A stretch of 64,000 nucleotides of DNA from a virus. Made by a program: the position numbers and the translations under genes. The notes under the pieces are model-generated. The model was not told the origin of the DNA, did not search any database, and saw only the letters and a program-made list of their open reading frames with translations. Below, one piece after another: positions 9,601 to 18,281 of this stretch; position 1 is the stretch's first letter, and the number at the start of each line of letters is the position of its first letter. Location: positions 7,657-71,656 of IMG/VR virus record IMGVR_UViG_3300032315_000470; one strand, 5' to 3'.

Positions 9601-10180
9601 ATGAAAAATGTGAAAATTAAACCTATTCTAAAAAAGGTTCGTTCAAAAACGAACTCTGACACCTATTACACCTTCTCTAATTGGGATCCCAAGGAGATTG
9701 AAGGTATCACTTTTATTCCCGTAGTTAAAGAAGTTCCTAGTGAAAAGTTGCAACACACTTTTTGGTTGCGTAAAGATAATGTGGAGTATGTGAAATGAAT
9801 AAAATTCAAAACTTTAAAAATCATCAACGACATGAGTTTGATGCCAGTAGTAAAGATGATTTAAAATTAGTTAAAAAATATCTTCACAACCATTCTTGGG
9901 GAAATGATGGATGTCCATTCTTTCTAGAATGGCCTTATCTAGATGTTCCTTCTATGGTAAAAGATAAAATCACAGGATACACACTCAAAGGATTGAAATG
10001 AAAACTTTGATTAACTGGTTAAAATATTCTGGTTGTAATATTACATTCAAATTAAATCCATTTCATTGGAGATTGTCTTGTGAATATTTTAAAACCAATG
10101 AAGCGTGGGAACAAGATGCTTTTATATTAGAACTACTACCAATTACAATTCGTGTTTGGTTTGATGACGGAAGTTGGTAA
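9601..10180 (+). CDS. Three small hypothetical proteins (9601-9798, 9795-10001, 9998-10180)
   Basis: ATGA-overlapped ORFs downstream of a TTGCCA-17-TATAAT promoter. Confidence 0.6.
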
Positions 10181-10674
10181 TGGGACAATTGCACGAATAT
10201 GAAAGAATGTATCGTTTGGATAATGAAGAAATAAATCTTGGAATGAAACAGAAGTTTATTGATGCCTACATGGATGTGGCTGAAAGGTTTGCAAAACTAT
10301 CTTCTGCCAAACGATTACAGGTTGGCGCCATTGTAGTCAAAGATGACCGAATCATCAGTATTGGTTACAATGGAATGCCAGCTGGCTGGGATAATACTTG
10401 TGAAGATGTGGTAGAAATTCATGAGGATGGCGGCACAGTTACTAAAACCAAACCTGAGGTGATTCACGCAGAGGCCAATGCCATAGCTAAGTTGGCCAAG
10501 AGTTCCGACTCTGGAGATGGTTCCACGATGTTCCTGACCCATGCTCCTTGTATTGACTGTGCTAAACAAATATATACCGCTGGTGTAAAAAAAGTATATT
10601 ACCGTGATTCCTACAAGGATTCACAGGGGCTTGACTTTTTATCCAAATGTGATATAATGGTAGATAAAGTATAA
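10174..10674 (+). CDS. cd: dCMP deaminase
   Basis: GYNGMPAG, HAEANAI and PCIDC zinc motifs. Confidence 0.93.
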   Translation: MVMGQLHEYERMYRLDNEEINLGMKQKFIDAYMDVAERFAKLSSAKRLQVGAIVVKDDRIISIGYNGMPAGWDNTCEDVVEIHEDGGTVTKTKPEVIHAEANAIAKLAKSSDSGDGSTMFLTHAPCIDCAKQIYTAGVKKVYYRDSYKDSQGLDFLSKCDIMVDKV

Positions 10675-10775
10675 AAAATTTCATATGGTGAAATGAGTAT
10701 TGTAGATAAATAAATAGTGTGAGTAGTAACGGATTAATGCAATTATTGGGTCAACTTATTAAGGAGAGACCTAAA

Positions 10776-11282
10776 ATGCAGTTAAGTATAGTTGGTTGTC
10801 CCGATAAAAAACAATTCCGTCCGTATGTTAAGAGAGCGGCGCTGTTCTACGCTCAAGAACTCATGAAACCAAAGATGTTGGAAAACATCTATCTACGAAT
10901 CAAATTCAACAGTAAAATTAATGTTTACGGATATGCTGAAATTTTAGAATATAATGAAAGTCGTAAAGCAAGAGAGTTTGAAATAGAGTTAAATCCAAAT
11001 ATTGGTGCAGCCGAAATATTAAAATGTCTTGCACATGAAATGACACACATTAAGCAATATGCTTATAATGAAACCAACGAAACATTAACTCGTTGGAAAG
11101 GTAGAAAAGTTGATTCTGATGTTGTTGATTATTGGGTTCAACCATGGGAAATAGAAGCCTTTGGTACAGAAGTAGGATTATTTTCAAAGTTTGCCATTAA
11201 AGAAAAACTTTGGAATGTGTTTTACGGGATACAAGATCCGGATAGTCCAATAGAAAAAGAACCGCTCGGCTGGAAAAAATAA
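10776..11282 (+). CDS. Zincin-like metallopeptidase
   Basis: LAHEMTHIKQY (HExxH) and PWEIEA; AAGGAG RBS before ATG 10776. Confidence 0.7.
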   Translation: MQLSIVGCPDKKQFRPYVKRAALFYAQELMKPKMLENIYLRIKFNSKINVYGYAEILEYNESRKAREFEIELNPNIGAAEILKCLAHEMTHIKQYAYNETNETLTRWKGRKVDSDVVDYWVQPWEIEAFGTEVGLFSKFAIKEKLWNVFYGIQDPDSPIEKEPLGWKK

Positions 11283-11302
11283 GTATTAATATTAAATACA
11301 CG

Positions 11303-11331
11303 AACCCAAGACTAAACATCTTGGGTTTTTT
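11303..11331 (+). terminator. Rho-independent terminator
   Basis: AACCCAAGA-loop-TCTTGGGTT followed by a T run. Confidence 0.8.
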
Positions 11332-11346
11332 ATTAATAAAAAACGC

Positions 11347-11374
11347 TTGACATATTGTGTGGTTCGTGTATAAT
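11347..11374 (+). promoter_or_regulatory. Sigma70-like promoter for the tRNA cluster
   Basis: TTGACA-16 bp-TATAAT; similar promoters at 11716-11744 and 11925-11953 (17 bp spacers). Confidence 0.8.
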
Positions 11375-11387
11375 GATTTACTTAGAT

Positions 11388-11462
11388 GCACCTATCGTCT
11401 ATCGGTTAGGACACCGCCCTTTCACGGCGGGAAGAGGAGTTCGATTCTCCTTAGGTGTACCA
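11388..11462 (+). tRNA. tRNA-Glu(TTC)
   Basis: Cloverleaf; anticodon loop CTTTCAC; GTTCGATTC T arm; encoded CCA. Confidence 0.93.
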
Positions 11463-11477
11463 ATTTTTAGTTTCAAT

Positions 11478-11553
11478 TCCGGTCAAGCAAACACGGTGTA
11501 GGCGGAGGACTGTTAATCCTTGAAGCGTGGTTCGATTCCACGGACCGGAGCCA
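11478..11553 (+). tRNA. tRNA-Asn(GTT)
   Basis: Acceptor TCCGGTC/GACCGGA; loop CTGTTAA; CCA. Confidence 0.93.
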
Positions 11554-11573
11554 CTTTTTTAAAGGAGAGTATT

Positions 11574-11768
11574 ATGAAAAAGAAAACACCTCCTCAACCA
11601 CGAAACTATCTTGTCAAATTGGCATTGTTTCGTAAAGCAGGGAGTCATCGTAAAAGTAACAAAGCTTTAAGGCGTAACGACAAGGTAAAGATTAAGGATA
11701 AAATGTATCCTATTATTGACATTATAGTTAATAGTGTGTATAATAGGATACATTCTGTCCATAGTTAA
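11574..11768 (+). CDS. Small basic hypothetical protein within the tRNA cluster
   Basis: AAGGAG RBS; PRNYLVK..RKAGSHRKS motif; 3' end overlaps a promoter and tRNA-Arg. Confidence 0.5.
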   Translation: MKKKTPPQPRNYLVKLALFRKAGSHRKSNKALRRNDKVKIKDKMYPIIDIIVNSVYNRIHSVHS

Positions 11769-11829
11769 ATGGATATAACACAGACCTTCTAAGTCTGATT
11801 TCCAGGTTCGATTCCTGGTGGACGGACCA
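11755..11829 (+). tRNA. tRNA-Arg(TCT)
   Basis: CAGAC-CTTCTAA-GTCTG anticodon arm; GGTTCGATTCC; CCA. Confidence 0.92.
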
Positions 11830-11831
11830 AG

Positions 11832-11906
11832 GGGCCAATAGCTTAATGGTAAAGCGTCCGACTCATAATCGGTTGAGTAATAGTTCAATTCTATTTTGGC
11901 CCACCA
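11832..11906 (+). tRNA. tRNA with CAT anticodon, probably Ile2 (lysidine type) or elongator Met
   Basis: GGGCCAA/TTGGCCC acceptor; CGACTCATAATCG arm resembles bacterial tRNA-Ile2. Confidence 0.85.
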
Positions 11907-12021
11907 AGTATACCACAATATCTATTGACAATCATCATAGATAAGTATATAATTAGATTTACTGTTGTGAAACAGCAAAACTTCCGTCATTAAGTGACCC
12001 TGTAACCGGTAAGCAGGATAT

Positions 12022-12088
12022 GCGGTGTGTAATAGTACGATTTGAGATACCCTCTTGAATTATCTGAGCATAGCAGACCACCGCTCCA
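12022..12088 (+). ncRNA. Non-canonical tRNA-Gly-like RNA (ACC anticodon-like loop, UCCA end)
   Basis: Four-arm fold: GCGGTG/CACCGC, TGTA/TACG, ATTTGAG/CTTGAAT, TCTG/CAGA; lacks D-loop GG and the TTC T-loop. Confidence 0.6.
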
Positions 12089-12114
12089 AATTTTAGTTTA
12101 AAGGATAAAATATC

Positions 12115-12303
12115 ATGGCAGCCAAAGGTTCAAACCAAAAAACTCGTAAAGCAAATCCTATGTTGACCAAAACTGGTAAACCAAGATTAGGTCCTTTAAA
12201 TGTTGAGCAACTAACAAAATTGTTAGATGGTGCTCGCAAAAAACACAAAGCAAAAATTCAACGAGCAATTACAAGACGAACCCAACCACCAGTCGCAGTT
12301 TAA
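12115..12303 (+). CDS. Small basic hypothetical protein
   Basis: AAGGA RBS; Lys/Arg-rich 62 aa. Confidence 0.6.
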   Translation: MAAKGSNQKTRKANPMLTKTGKPRLGPLNVEQLTKLLDGARKKHKAKIQRAITRRTQPPVAV

Positions 12304-12308
12304 TATTG

Positions 12309-12382
12309 GCCCCTATAGTTAAACGGTATAACAGTTGATTTGTAATCATCAATTCGCAGTTCGATTCTGTGTGGGGGCACCA
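12309..12382 (+). tRNA. tRNA-Thr(TGT)
   Basis: GCCCCTA/TGGGGGC acceptor; loop TTTGTAA; CCA. Confidence 0.92.
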
Positions 12383-12516
12383 TGAAAAAAGTTGAAGTTG
12401 TTCCTGAAGCAAACACACCAACATCTAGCTGGGGTAGAACATTAACAAAACAAGAATTATTAGATTTACTGAATAGATTAGAAGCAAAGAAAAAAGCAAG
12501 AAAAGATAAAGATTAA
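12382..12516 (+). CDS. Putative 44-aa protein between tRNAs
   Basis: ATG shares the A of the tRNA-Thr CCA; open to TAA just before tRNA-Gly. Confidence 0.35.
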   Translation: MKKVEVVPEANTPTSSWGRTLTKQELLDLLNRLEAKKKARKDKD

Positions 12517-12517
12517 T

Positions 12518-12591
12518 GCGGGATTAGTTTAATGGTAAAACTAAAGGTTTCCAACCTTTCGTTGTCAGTTCGATTCTGTCATCCCGCTCCA
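12518..12591 (+). tRNA. tRNA-Gly(TCC)
   Basis: GCGGGAT/ATCCCGC acceptor with U73; loop TTTCCAA; CCA. Confidence 0.93.
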
Positions 12592-12624
12592 CAACGACTA
12601 CATACAATTTTATGAAAGTGAACT

Positions 12625-12882
12625 ATGAATATTAAACCATTAAAAGATAAGATTCTTGTTTCTAGAATTGCTGGAGAAAAACAAACTGAATTCGGCATCA
12701 TTCTTAAATCATCAGAAGGTCCAGATAAAGCTTTAGTTGAATCTATTGGTCCCAAAGTAGATGAAGTTTCTGTTGGTGATGAAGTTCTAATTAATTGGAA
12801 CGGCGCAGTGAAAGTTTCTGGTAAAGAAATCGAAAAAGAATTATACGTTGTTTCTATTGAACATGTAATTTTAGTTTACTAA
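12625..12882 (+). CDS. groES: GroES-like co-chaperonin
   Basis: IKPLKDKILV...GIIL...IGP...VSVGDEVL. Confidence 0.88.
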   Translation: MNIKPLKDKILVSRIAGEKQTEFGIILKSSEGPDKALVESIGPKVDEVSVGDEVLINWNGAVKVSGKEIEKELYVVSIEHVILVY

Positions 12883-12905
12883 TATTCAGGAAATACTTTT
12901 ACAAT

Positions 12906-12980
12906 CGCAGAGTAGCTCAGAGGTAGAGCATTGGACTCATAATCCAGGGGCCGGTGGTTCGATTCCATCCTCTGCAACCA
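12906..12980 (+). tRNA. tRNA-Met(CAT), initiator-like
   Basis: C1:A72 mismatch; loop CTCATAA; CCA. Confidence 0.88.
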
Positions 12981-12994
12981 ATAAGGAGATATTA

Positions 12995-13156
12995 ATGACT
13001 GATTTGGAAAAGTATCGTCAGATGGCTTTAGATTTATGGTTTTCTGACGGAGGTTCTTGTACAGGTGCAAAGTCTCCACCAGAACCAAAAGATATTGATG
13101 ATGCTATTGCTGAAGATGAAGAATTTAAACGAATTGAAAATCAACAAAAGAGGTAG
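12995..13156 (+). CDS. Small acidic hypothetical protein (53 aa)
   Basis: TAAGGAG RBS; open frame; not in ORF track. Confidence 0.55.
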   Translation: MTDLEKYRQMALDLWFSDGGSCTGAKSPPEPKDIDDAIAEDEEFKRIENQQKR

Positions 13157-13159
13157 AAT

Positions 13160-13471
13160 ATGAAAATTTTGGCACTAAAACTGATAACAGGAGAAGATGT
13201 ACTCGGAGAAATTGAATCTGAATCCGAAACCGAATTTGTGTTAGTCAATCCCGTAGGTATTGCCGTGGTTCGTGGCAAAGATGGCCAACCATCTGTTGGA
13301 TTTGCACCGTTTCCCATTCATGCCGAACAAAAATCAAATGCACTGGTTGCCTTGTCTAAGAAGAATGTAGTATACTCTTATGTTCCTGCAGAAGATTTTA
13401 TCACGAACTATAATCAAATTTTTGGTTCTGGTATTATTGTTCCTCCAACAAAACAATTAATTACAGGTTAA
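13160..13471 (+). CDS. Conserved T4-like phage hypothetical protein upstream of gp43
   Basis: LKLITGEDVLGE start and YNQIFGSGIIVP end, typical of aquatic T4-like phages. Confidence 0.65.
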   Translation: MKILALKLITGEDVLGEIESESETEFVLVNPVGIAVVRGKDGQPSVGFAPFPIHAEQKSNALVALSKKNVVYSYVPAEDFITNYNQIFGSGIIVPPTKQLITG

Positions 13472-13472
13472 A

Positions 13473-16010
13473 TTGAGTTCATCATTCTATACCAATGTTC
13501 AATGCTTTGGTAGCAACATACTCTATCGAGGAATTCAAGATGGCAAAAGAGTAAAACAGAGAATTGAATATTCTCCTTCCCTTTTTCTACCCTCCAAACG
13601 AGTTACTAATTTCACCACACTTACTGGTGATTACCTAGACCAAAAAGTATTTGGTACAACTAAAGAGGCAAGAGATTACATCAAGCAATTCGATGGTGTG
13701 TCTGGTGCCTCTAAAGTCTATGGTCAAACACGATTTGAATATGCCTTTATTGCCGATCAACACCAAGGCATGGTTGACTATGACCAGGATAAAGTCTTAA
13801 TTGCTGTAATCGATATCGAGGTCGGCTCAGAAAATGGCTTTCCTGATCCATATGAAGCAAACGAACCTATCACAGCAATTGCAGTAAAATATCTTAATGG
13901 TAAAACTTATGTGTTTGGCTGTGGTGATTATGTTACGCAAGGCGAAGAGGTCTATGTAAAGTGCAAAGATGAATATTCCTTATGTAAACAATTCATGGCA
14001 CTATGGACAAAAGTGTGTCCCGATATTCTTACTGGTTGGAACACCAAGTTCTTTGATGTGCCGTACATCATCAATCGTTTTCGCAAAATTCTAGGTGAAG
14101 ATGAAACTAAAACCTTGTCTCCTTGGAAATATCTTACCGAAAGAAAAACTCGAATCAATGGTCGTGAGTTAATTGCTTATGACATTGTTGGTGTTGCAGC
14201 ACTTGATTATATTGAACTGTACAAATGGTATGCGCCAGGTGGTAAGTCACAAGAATCATATCGTTTAGATAACATTGCACAGGTTGAATTGGGTGAAGGT
14301 AAAATTGCATATGACGAATATGATAATCTACATGCTCTGTATCGTTTAAATTATCAAAAGTTTATTGAGTATAACATCAAAGACGTTGAGTTGATTGTTC
14401 GACTTGAAGAAAAATTGAAACTGTTGGAACTAGGTGTAACTCTGGCCTACGATACAAAATCCAACTACGAAGATATTTTTGCTCAAACTCGTATGTGGGA
14501 TGCAATGACTTATTCCTACTTGCGTGAGAAAAACATTATTGTTCCACCAAGAGAAGTAAAAGAAAAAGACGGAATGTTTGAAGGTGCATATGTTAAAACA
14601 CCAAAAACAGGATTACATGATTGGGTTGCCAGTTTCGATTTGAACTCACTCTATCCACATTTGATGATGCAATATAATATTTCTCCAGAAACTCTAATTG
14701 AACCTGAAGATTATACACAAGAGATGAGAAGTGTTTTGTCACAAGGCGTTTCTGTTGAGAAACTTCTGACTAAATCGGTCGACACTTCTAAATTAGAGAA
14801 TGTCACACTCACTCCAAACGGACAATTTTTCCGTACAGACATTCAAGGTTTCTTACCTAAAATGATGGAAGAAATGTATCAAGATAGAAGTAAGTTTAAG
14901 AAGATGATGTTGGCTGCAAAACAAGAATATGAAAATGAAACAGATGAATCAAAAAAATACGAAATCGAAAAACGAATCGCTAAGTATAACAATATTCAGC
15001 TCGCCAAAAAAGTTTCTCTTAACTCTGCTTACGGTGCTCTTGGTTCTCAATATTTTAGATTTTATGACCTAAGAATGGCTCTTGGCGTCACGACTGCTGG
15101 ACAATTAAGTATTCGTTGGATCGAAAATAAGATTAACCAATACATGAACAACTTATTAAAAACGGAAGAAGATTATGTTATCGCCTCTGACACAGATTCG
15201 ATTTATCTCCACCTTGGTGAACTTGTTAAGAAGGTGTATCCAAACCAGACTGATGTTAAACAAGTTATCGCCTTCATGGACAAGGTCTGTGAAGATAAGC
15301 TACAACCTTTTATTGACAAGAGTTATCAAGAGCTCGCTACGTATGTTCATGCTTATGACCAAAAAATGCAGATGAAACGAGAAGGCCTTTCCAATAAAGG
15401 TATCTGGACGGCCAAGAAACGTTACATTCTAAATGTATATAACAATGAAGGTGTGCAATACAACGAGCCACAGATGAAGGTGATGGGTCTGGAGATGATT
15501 AAATCGTCCACACCTTCTGCTATCCGTGAGAAGATGAAAGAAGCAATTCAATTAATGGTAAATGGATCACAAGAAGATATTCATAAGTTTATTGCAGACT
15601 TCAGAGCTGAATTCAAAACTTTGCCTGTAGAAGAAATATCTTTTCCTCGGGGATTAAATGGGCTAAATACTTATTCTGATACGGTACATCTTTATAAGAA
15701 AGGTACACCAATTCATGTTAAGGGTGCGATTATATACAATAACAATCTAAAACGATTGAATCTCACCAAAAAGTATCCACTCATACAAGAAGGCGAAAAG
15801 GTTAAATTTACTTATCTGAAAATGCCAAACCCGTTTAAAGATACTGTTATTTCTTATCCTTCTCGTTTACCTAAAGAATTTGAAATGCAACAATACATCG
15901 ATTATGATATGCAATTTGATAAAGCATTTCTCGAACCCATCAAAGTCATTTTAGATTGTATGAAGTGGTCAACAGAAAAAACTAGTTCAATAGAAGATTT
16001 CTTCTCATGA
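13473..16010 (+). CDS. gp43: Family B DNA polymerase
   Basis: DIEV exonuclease I, SFDLNSLYP, KVSLNSAYG and SDTDS motifs. Confidence 0.98.
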   Translation: MSSSFYTNVQCFGSNILYRGIQDGKRVKQRIEYSPSLFLPSKRVTNFTTLTGDYLDQKVFGTTKEARDYIKQFDGVSGASKVYGQTRFEYAFIADQHQGMVDYDQDKVLIAVIDIEVGSENGFPDPYEANEPITAIAVKYLNGKTYVFGCGDYVTQGEEVYVKCKDEYSLCKQFMALWTKVCPDILTGWNTKFFDVPYIINRFRKILGEDETKTLSPWKYLTERKTRINGRELIAYDIVGVAALDYIELYKWYAPGGKSQESYRLDNIAQVELGEGKIAYDEYDNLHALYRLNYQKFIEYNIKDVELIVRLEEKLKLLELGVTLAYDTKSNYEDIFAQTRMWDAMTYSYLREKNIIVPPREVKEKDGMFEGAYVKTPKTGLHDWVASFDLNSLYPHLMMQYNISPETLIEPEDYTQEMRSVLSQGVSVEKLLTKSVDTSKLENVTLTPNGQFFRTDIQGFLPKMMEEMYQDRSKFKKMMLAAKQEYENETDESKKYEIEKRIAKYNNIQLAKKVSLNSAYGALGSQYFRFYDLRMALGVTTAGQLSIRWIENKINQYMNNLLKTEEDYVIASDTDSIYLHLGELVKKVYPNQTDVKQVIAFMDKVCEDKLQPFIDKSYQELATYVHAYDQKMQMKREGLSNKGIWTAKKRYILNVYNNEGVQYNEPQMKVMGLEMIKSSTPSAIREKMKEAIQLMVNGSQEDIHKFIADFRAEFKTLPVEEISFPRGLNGLNTYSDTVHLYKKGTPIHVKGAIIYNNNLKRLNLTKKYPLIQEGEKVKFTYLKMPNPFKDTVISYPSRLPKEFEMQQYIDYDMQFDKAFLEPIKVILDCMKWSTEKTSSIEDFFS

Positions 16011-16891
16011 TATACCTAACACTACTTTCAGCCTTATTACTTTCTGGTATTGCAGCCTATTATTCTATTATAGGATTGGCAGCAATCTTCACTGGTGCTT
16101 TTTGGCCAATCGTTTTCATGGGTTCTGTTTTGGAAATGAGTAAGTTGGTTACTGCATCATGGTTATATCGTAATTGGAAAACCTGCCCACTTTTATTGAA
16201 ATCATACTTGACATCTGCCGTAGTAGTATTAATGGTGATTACAAGTATGGGTATTTTTGGTTTTCTATCCCAAGCACACATTGATTCCACATTAGAAGCT
16301 GGTGCCAACTCAGTAGAAATAAAAACACTCAAACAGCAAGAAAAGATTGCCAATGAGCGATTAGAATATTTACTGAAACGTGCAGGTAATCCTGAAACGG
16401 CATCAGCCAATGTTGATAGACAAATTCAACAAACACAGAGGGAATTGGCTGATATCAATAAACGAAAATTACCATTATTAAAAGAAGAAAATAAACTTGT
16501 GGCAGAAGTTGGTCCTATCAAATATATTGGTGATATGATATATGGTACAGATGATACCAATGCCATTGATAAAGCAGTTCGTTTGGTAATTATGTTAATA
16601 ATGGTTGTATTTGACCCGCTAGCTGTGTTATTATTGATAGCAGCAAATATGTCAATGAAGAAACCGGAAGAAACCCAACCGGTTAAAAAAACATGGAATG
16701 AATTCTTTAAAAAAGAACCTGTGCCTGATGATATGGTTGAAGTTGAAAAAGAAAACATTGCCACAGTCGAGGAGAATGTGGAACTAGACTCACAGAAAAA
16801 GAAACGTGGTTTTCCGAATAGGAAGAATAAACTAGAAACCAAGTATGACTATGATGCTGAATTAGCATTTCGTGAAAAGGAAAGTAAATGA
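16007..16891 (+). CDS. Membrane protein with coiled coil, function unknown
   Basis: Three N-terminal hydrophobic segments, coiled coil, further TM segment VVFDPLAVLLLIAAN. Confidence 0.65.
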   Translation: MIYLTLLSALLLSGIAAYYSIIGLAAIFTGAFWPIVFMGSVLEMSKLVTASWLYRNWKTCPLLLKSYLTSAVVVLMVITSMGIFGFLSQAHIDSTLEAGANSVEIKTLKQQEKIANERLEYLLKRAGNPETASANVDRQIQQTQRELADINKRKLPLLKEENKLVAEVGPIKYIGDMIYGTDDTNAIDKAVRLVIMLIMVVFDPLAVLLLIAANMSMKKPEETQPVKKTWNEFFKKEPVPDDMVEVEKENIATVEENVELDSQKKKRGFPNRKNKLETKYDYDAELAFREKESK

Positions 16892-17961
16892 GTATATTAG
16901 ATAAAATCAAAAAGAATAGTAGTATCAAAGAATCTGCTATCCTGTCAAAATCAAAGTTCTTTACACAGAAGGATATGATTCCAACATCGGTGCCAATTAT
17001 TAATGTGGCATTAAGCGGCAAACTAGATGGTGGTTTGACACCAGGCCTTACAATGTGGGCAGGTCCATCCAAACATTTTAAAACTGCATTTTCGTTATTG
17101 ATGGCTAAATCTTATCTTGACAAATATCCTGAATCTGCACTACTATTTTATGATTCTGAATTTGGCACACCACAATCCTACTTTGATTCTTTTGGTATTG
17201 ATACTGATAGAGTATTACATACACCACTCACCGATATTGAACAATTGAAGTTTGATGTAATGCAACAGTTGACCACATTAGAACGTACCGATAAATTAAT
17301 TATTATTATTGATTCGATTGGTAACTTGGCATCCAAAAAAGAAGTTGATGATGCACTTGAGGGTAAGTCGGTTGCGGATATGTCTAGAGCAAAACAGGTT
17401 AAGTCTTTATTTCGCATGGTAACACCACATCTGACCATGAAAGATATTCCAATGATTGTAGTTAATCATACCTACAAAGAAATTGGTATGTTTCCTAAAG
17501 ATATCGTTGGTGGTGGTACTGGTTCTTATTATTCGGCTGATAACATCTTCATCCTTGGTCGACAACAAGAAAAAGAAGGCACAGAAGTTGTTGGTTATAA
17601 TTTCATAATCAATGTGGAGAAATCCAGGTATGTCAAAGAAAAATCAAAAATTCCCGTTTCTGTATCTTTTGATGGTGGTATTAGTCGTTGGAGTGGGTTA
17701 CTTGATATTGCATTGGATGGTGGATTTGTTATTAAACCTTCTAATGGTTGGTACTCAAAAGTAGATGAAGATGGTGTAATTGAAGATAAGAAATATCGTA
17801 TCAAAGAAACCGACACATCAGACTTTTGGTTACCAATATTGAAAAGTAAAAAGTTTCAAAAATTTGTTGCTGACAAATATCAGATTGCCTCGGGAGAAAT
17901 CATGCAAGGTGGTAGTGAAAATTTGTTTGATGAAATTGAAACGATGAATGGATCCGAATAA
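16888..17961 (+). CDS. uvsX: RecA-like recombinase
   Basis: GPSKHFKT, YDSEFG, DSIGNLASKKE. Confidence 0.97.
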   Translation: MSILDKIKKNSSIKESAILSKSKFFTQKDMIPTSVPIINVALSGKLDGGLTPGLTMWAGPSKHFKTAFSLLMAKSYLDKYPESALLFYDSEFGTPQSYFDSFGIDTDRVLHTPLTDIEQLKFDVMQQLTTLERTDKLIIIIDSIGNLASKKEVDDALEGKSVADMSRAKQVKSLFRMVTPHLTMKDIPMIVVNHTYKEIGMFPKDIVGGGTGSYYSADNIFILGRQQEKEGTEVVGYNFIINVEKSRYVKEKSKIPVSVSFDGGISRWSGLLDIALDGGFVIKPSNGWYSKVDEDGVIEDKKYRIKETDTSDFWLPILKSKKFQKFVADKYQIASGEIMQGGSENLFDEIETMNGSE

Positions 17962-18281
17962 TGACAGAAGGTATTGATTATTGTTTCATCTATCCTAAAG
18001 ATGATAATACTGCGGTAAACATTAGGTTGTTGCAAGGACCATACAAAGACACATTATTCAAATACGGTAAGGTAAAGTTCAAAGAAGAAAATGAACAAAT
18101 CTATTTACTTTTCGCCTACGATGTGTTAGAATCCACCGTAGATACTCCTAAGAAACTGGAGAAAGATGGCAAGTTCAAAGATTACCTAGGTGATTTACTT
18201 GTCGAATTAATGTCAAATAATATTGAGCAGGAAATAGTGGATGAAACTGGAACAGACGATATTAAAAACCCTGATTTATAA
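17961..18281 (+). CDS. Hypothetical protein at the T4 gp40 position
   Basis: Lies between uvsX and gp41; positional evidence only. Confidence 0.55.
   Translation: MTEGIDYCFIYPKDDNTAVNIRLLQGPYKDTLFKYGKVKFKEENEQIYLLFAYDVLESTVDTPKKLEKDGKFKDYLGDLLVELMSNNIEQEIVDETGTDDIKNPDL

Noticed and set aside
11960-12088. tmRNA
   Set aside because: Too short, has a Gly- rather than Ala-type acceptor (no G3:U70), and no tag reading frame.
11667-13088. Minus-strand ORFs in the tRNA cluster
   Set aside because: Antisense to tRNA genes; typical artefacts.
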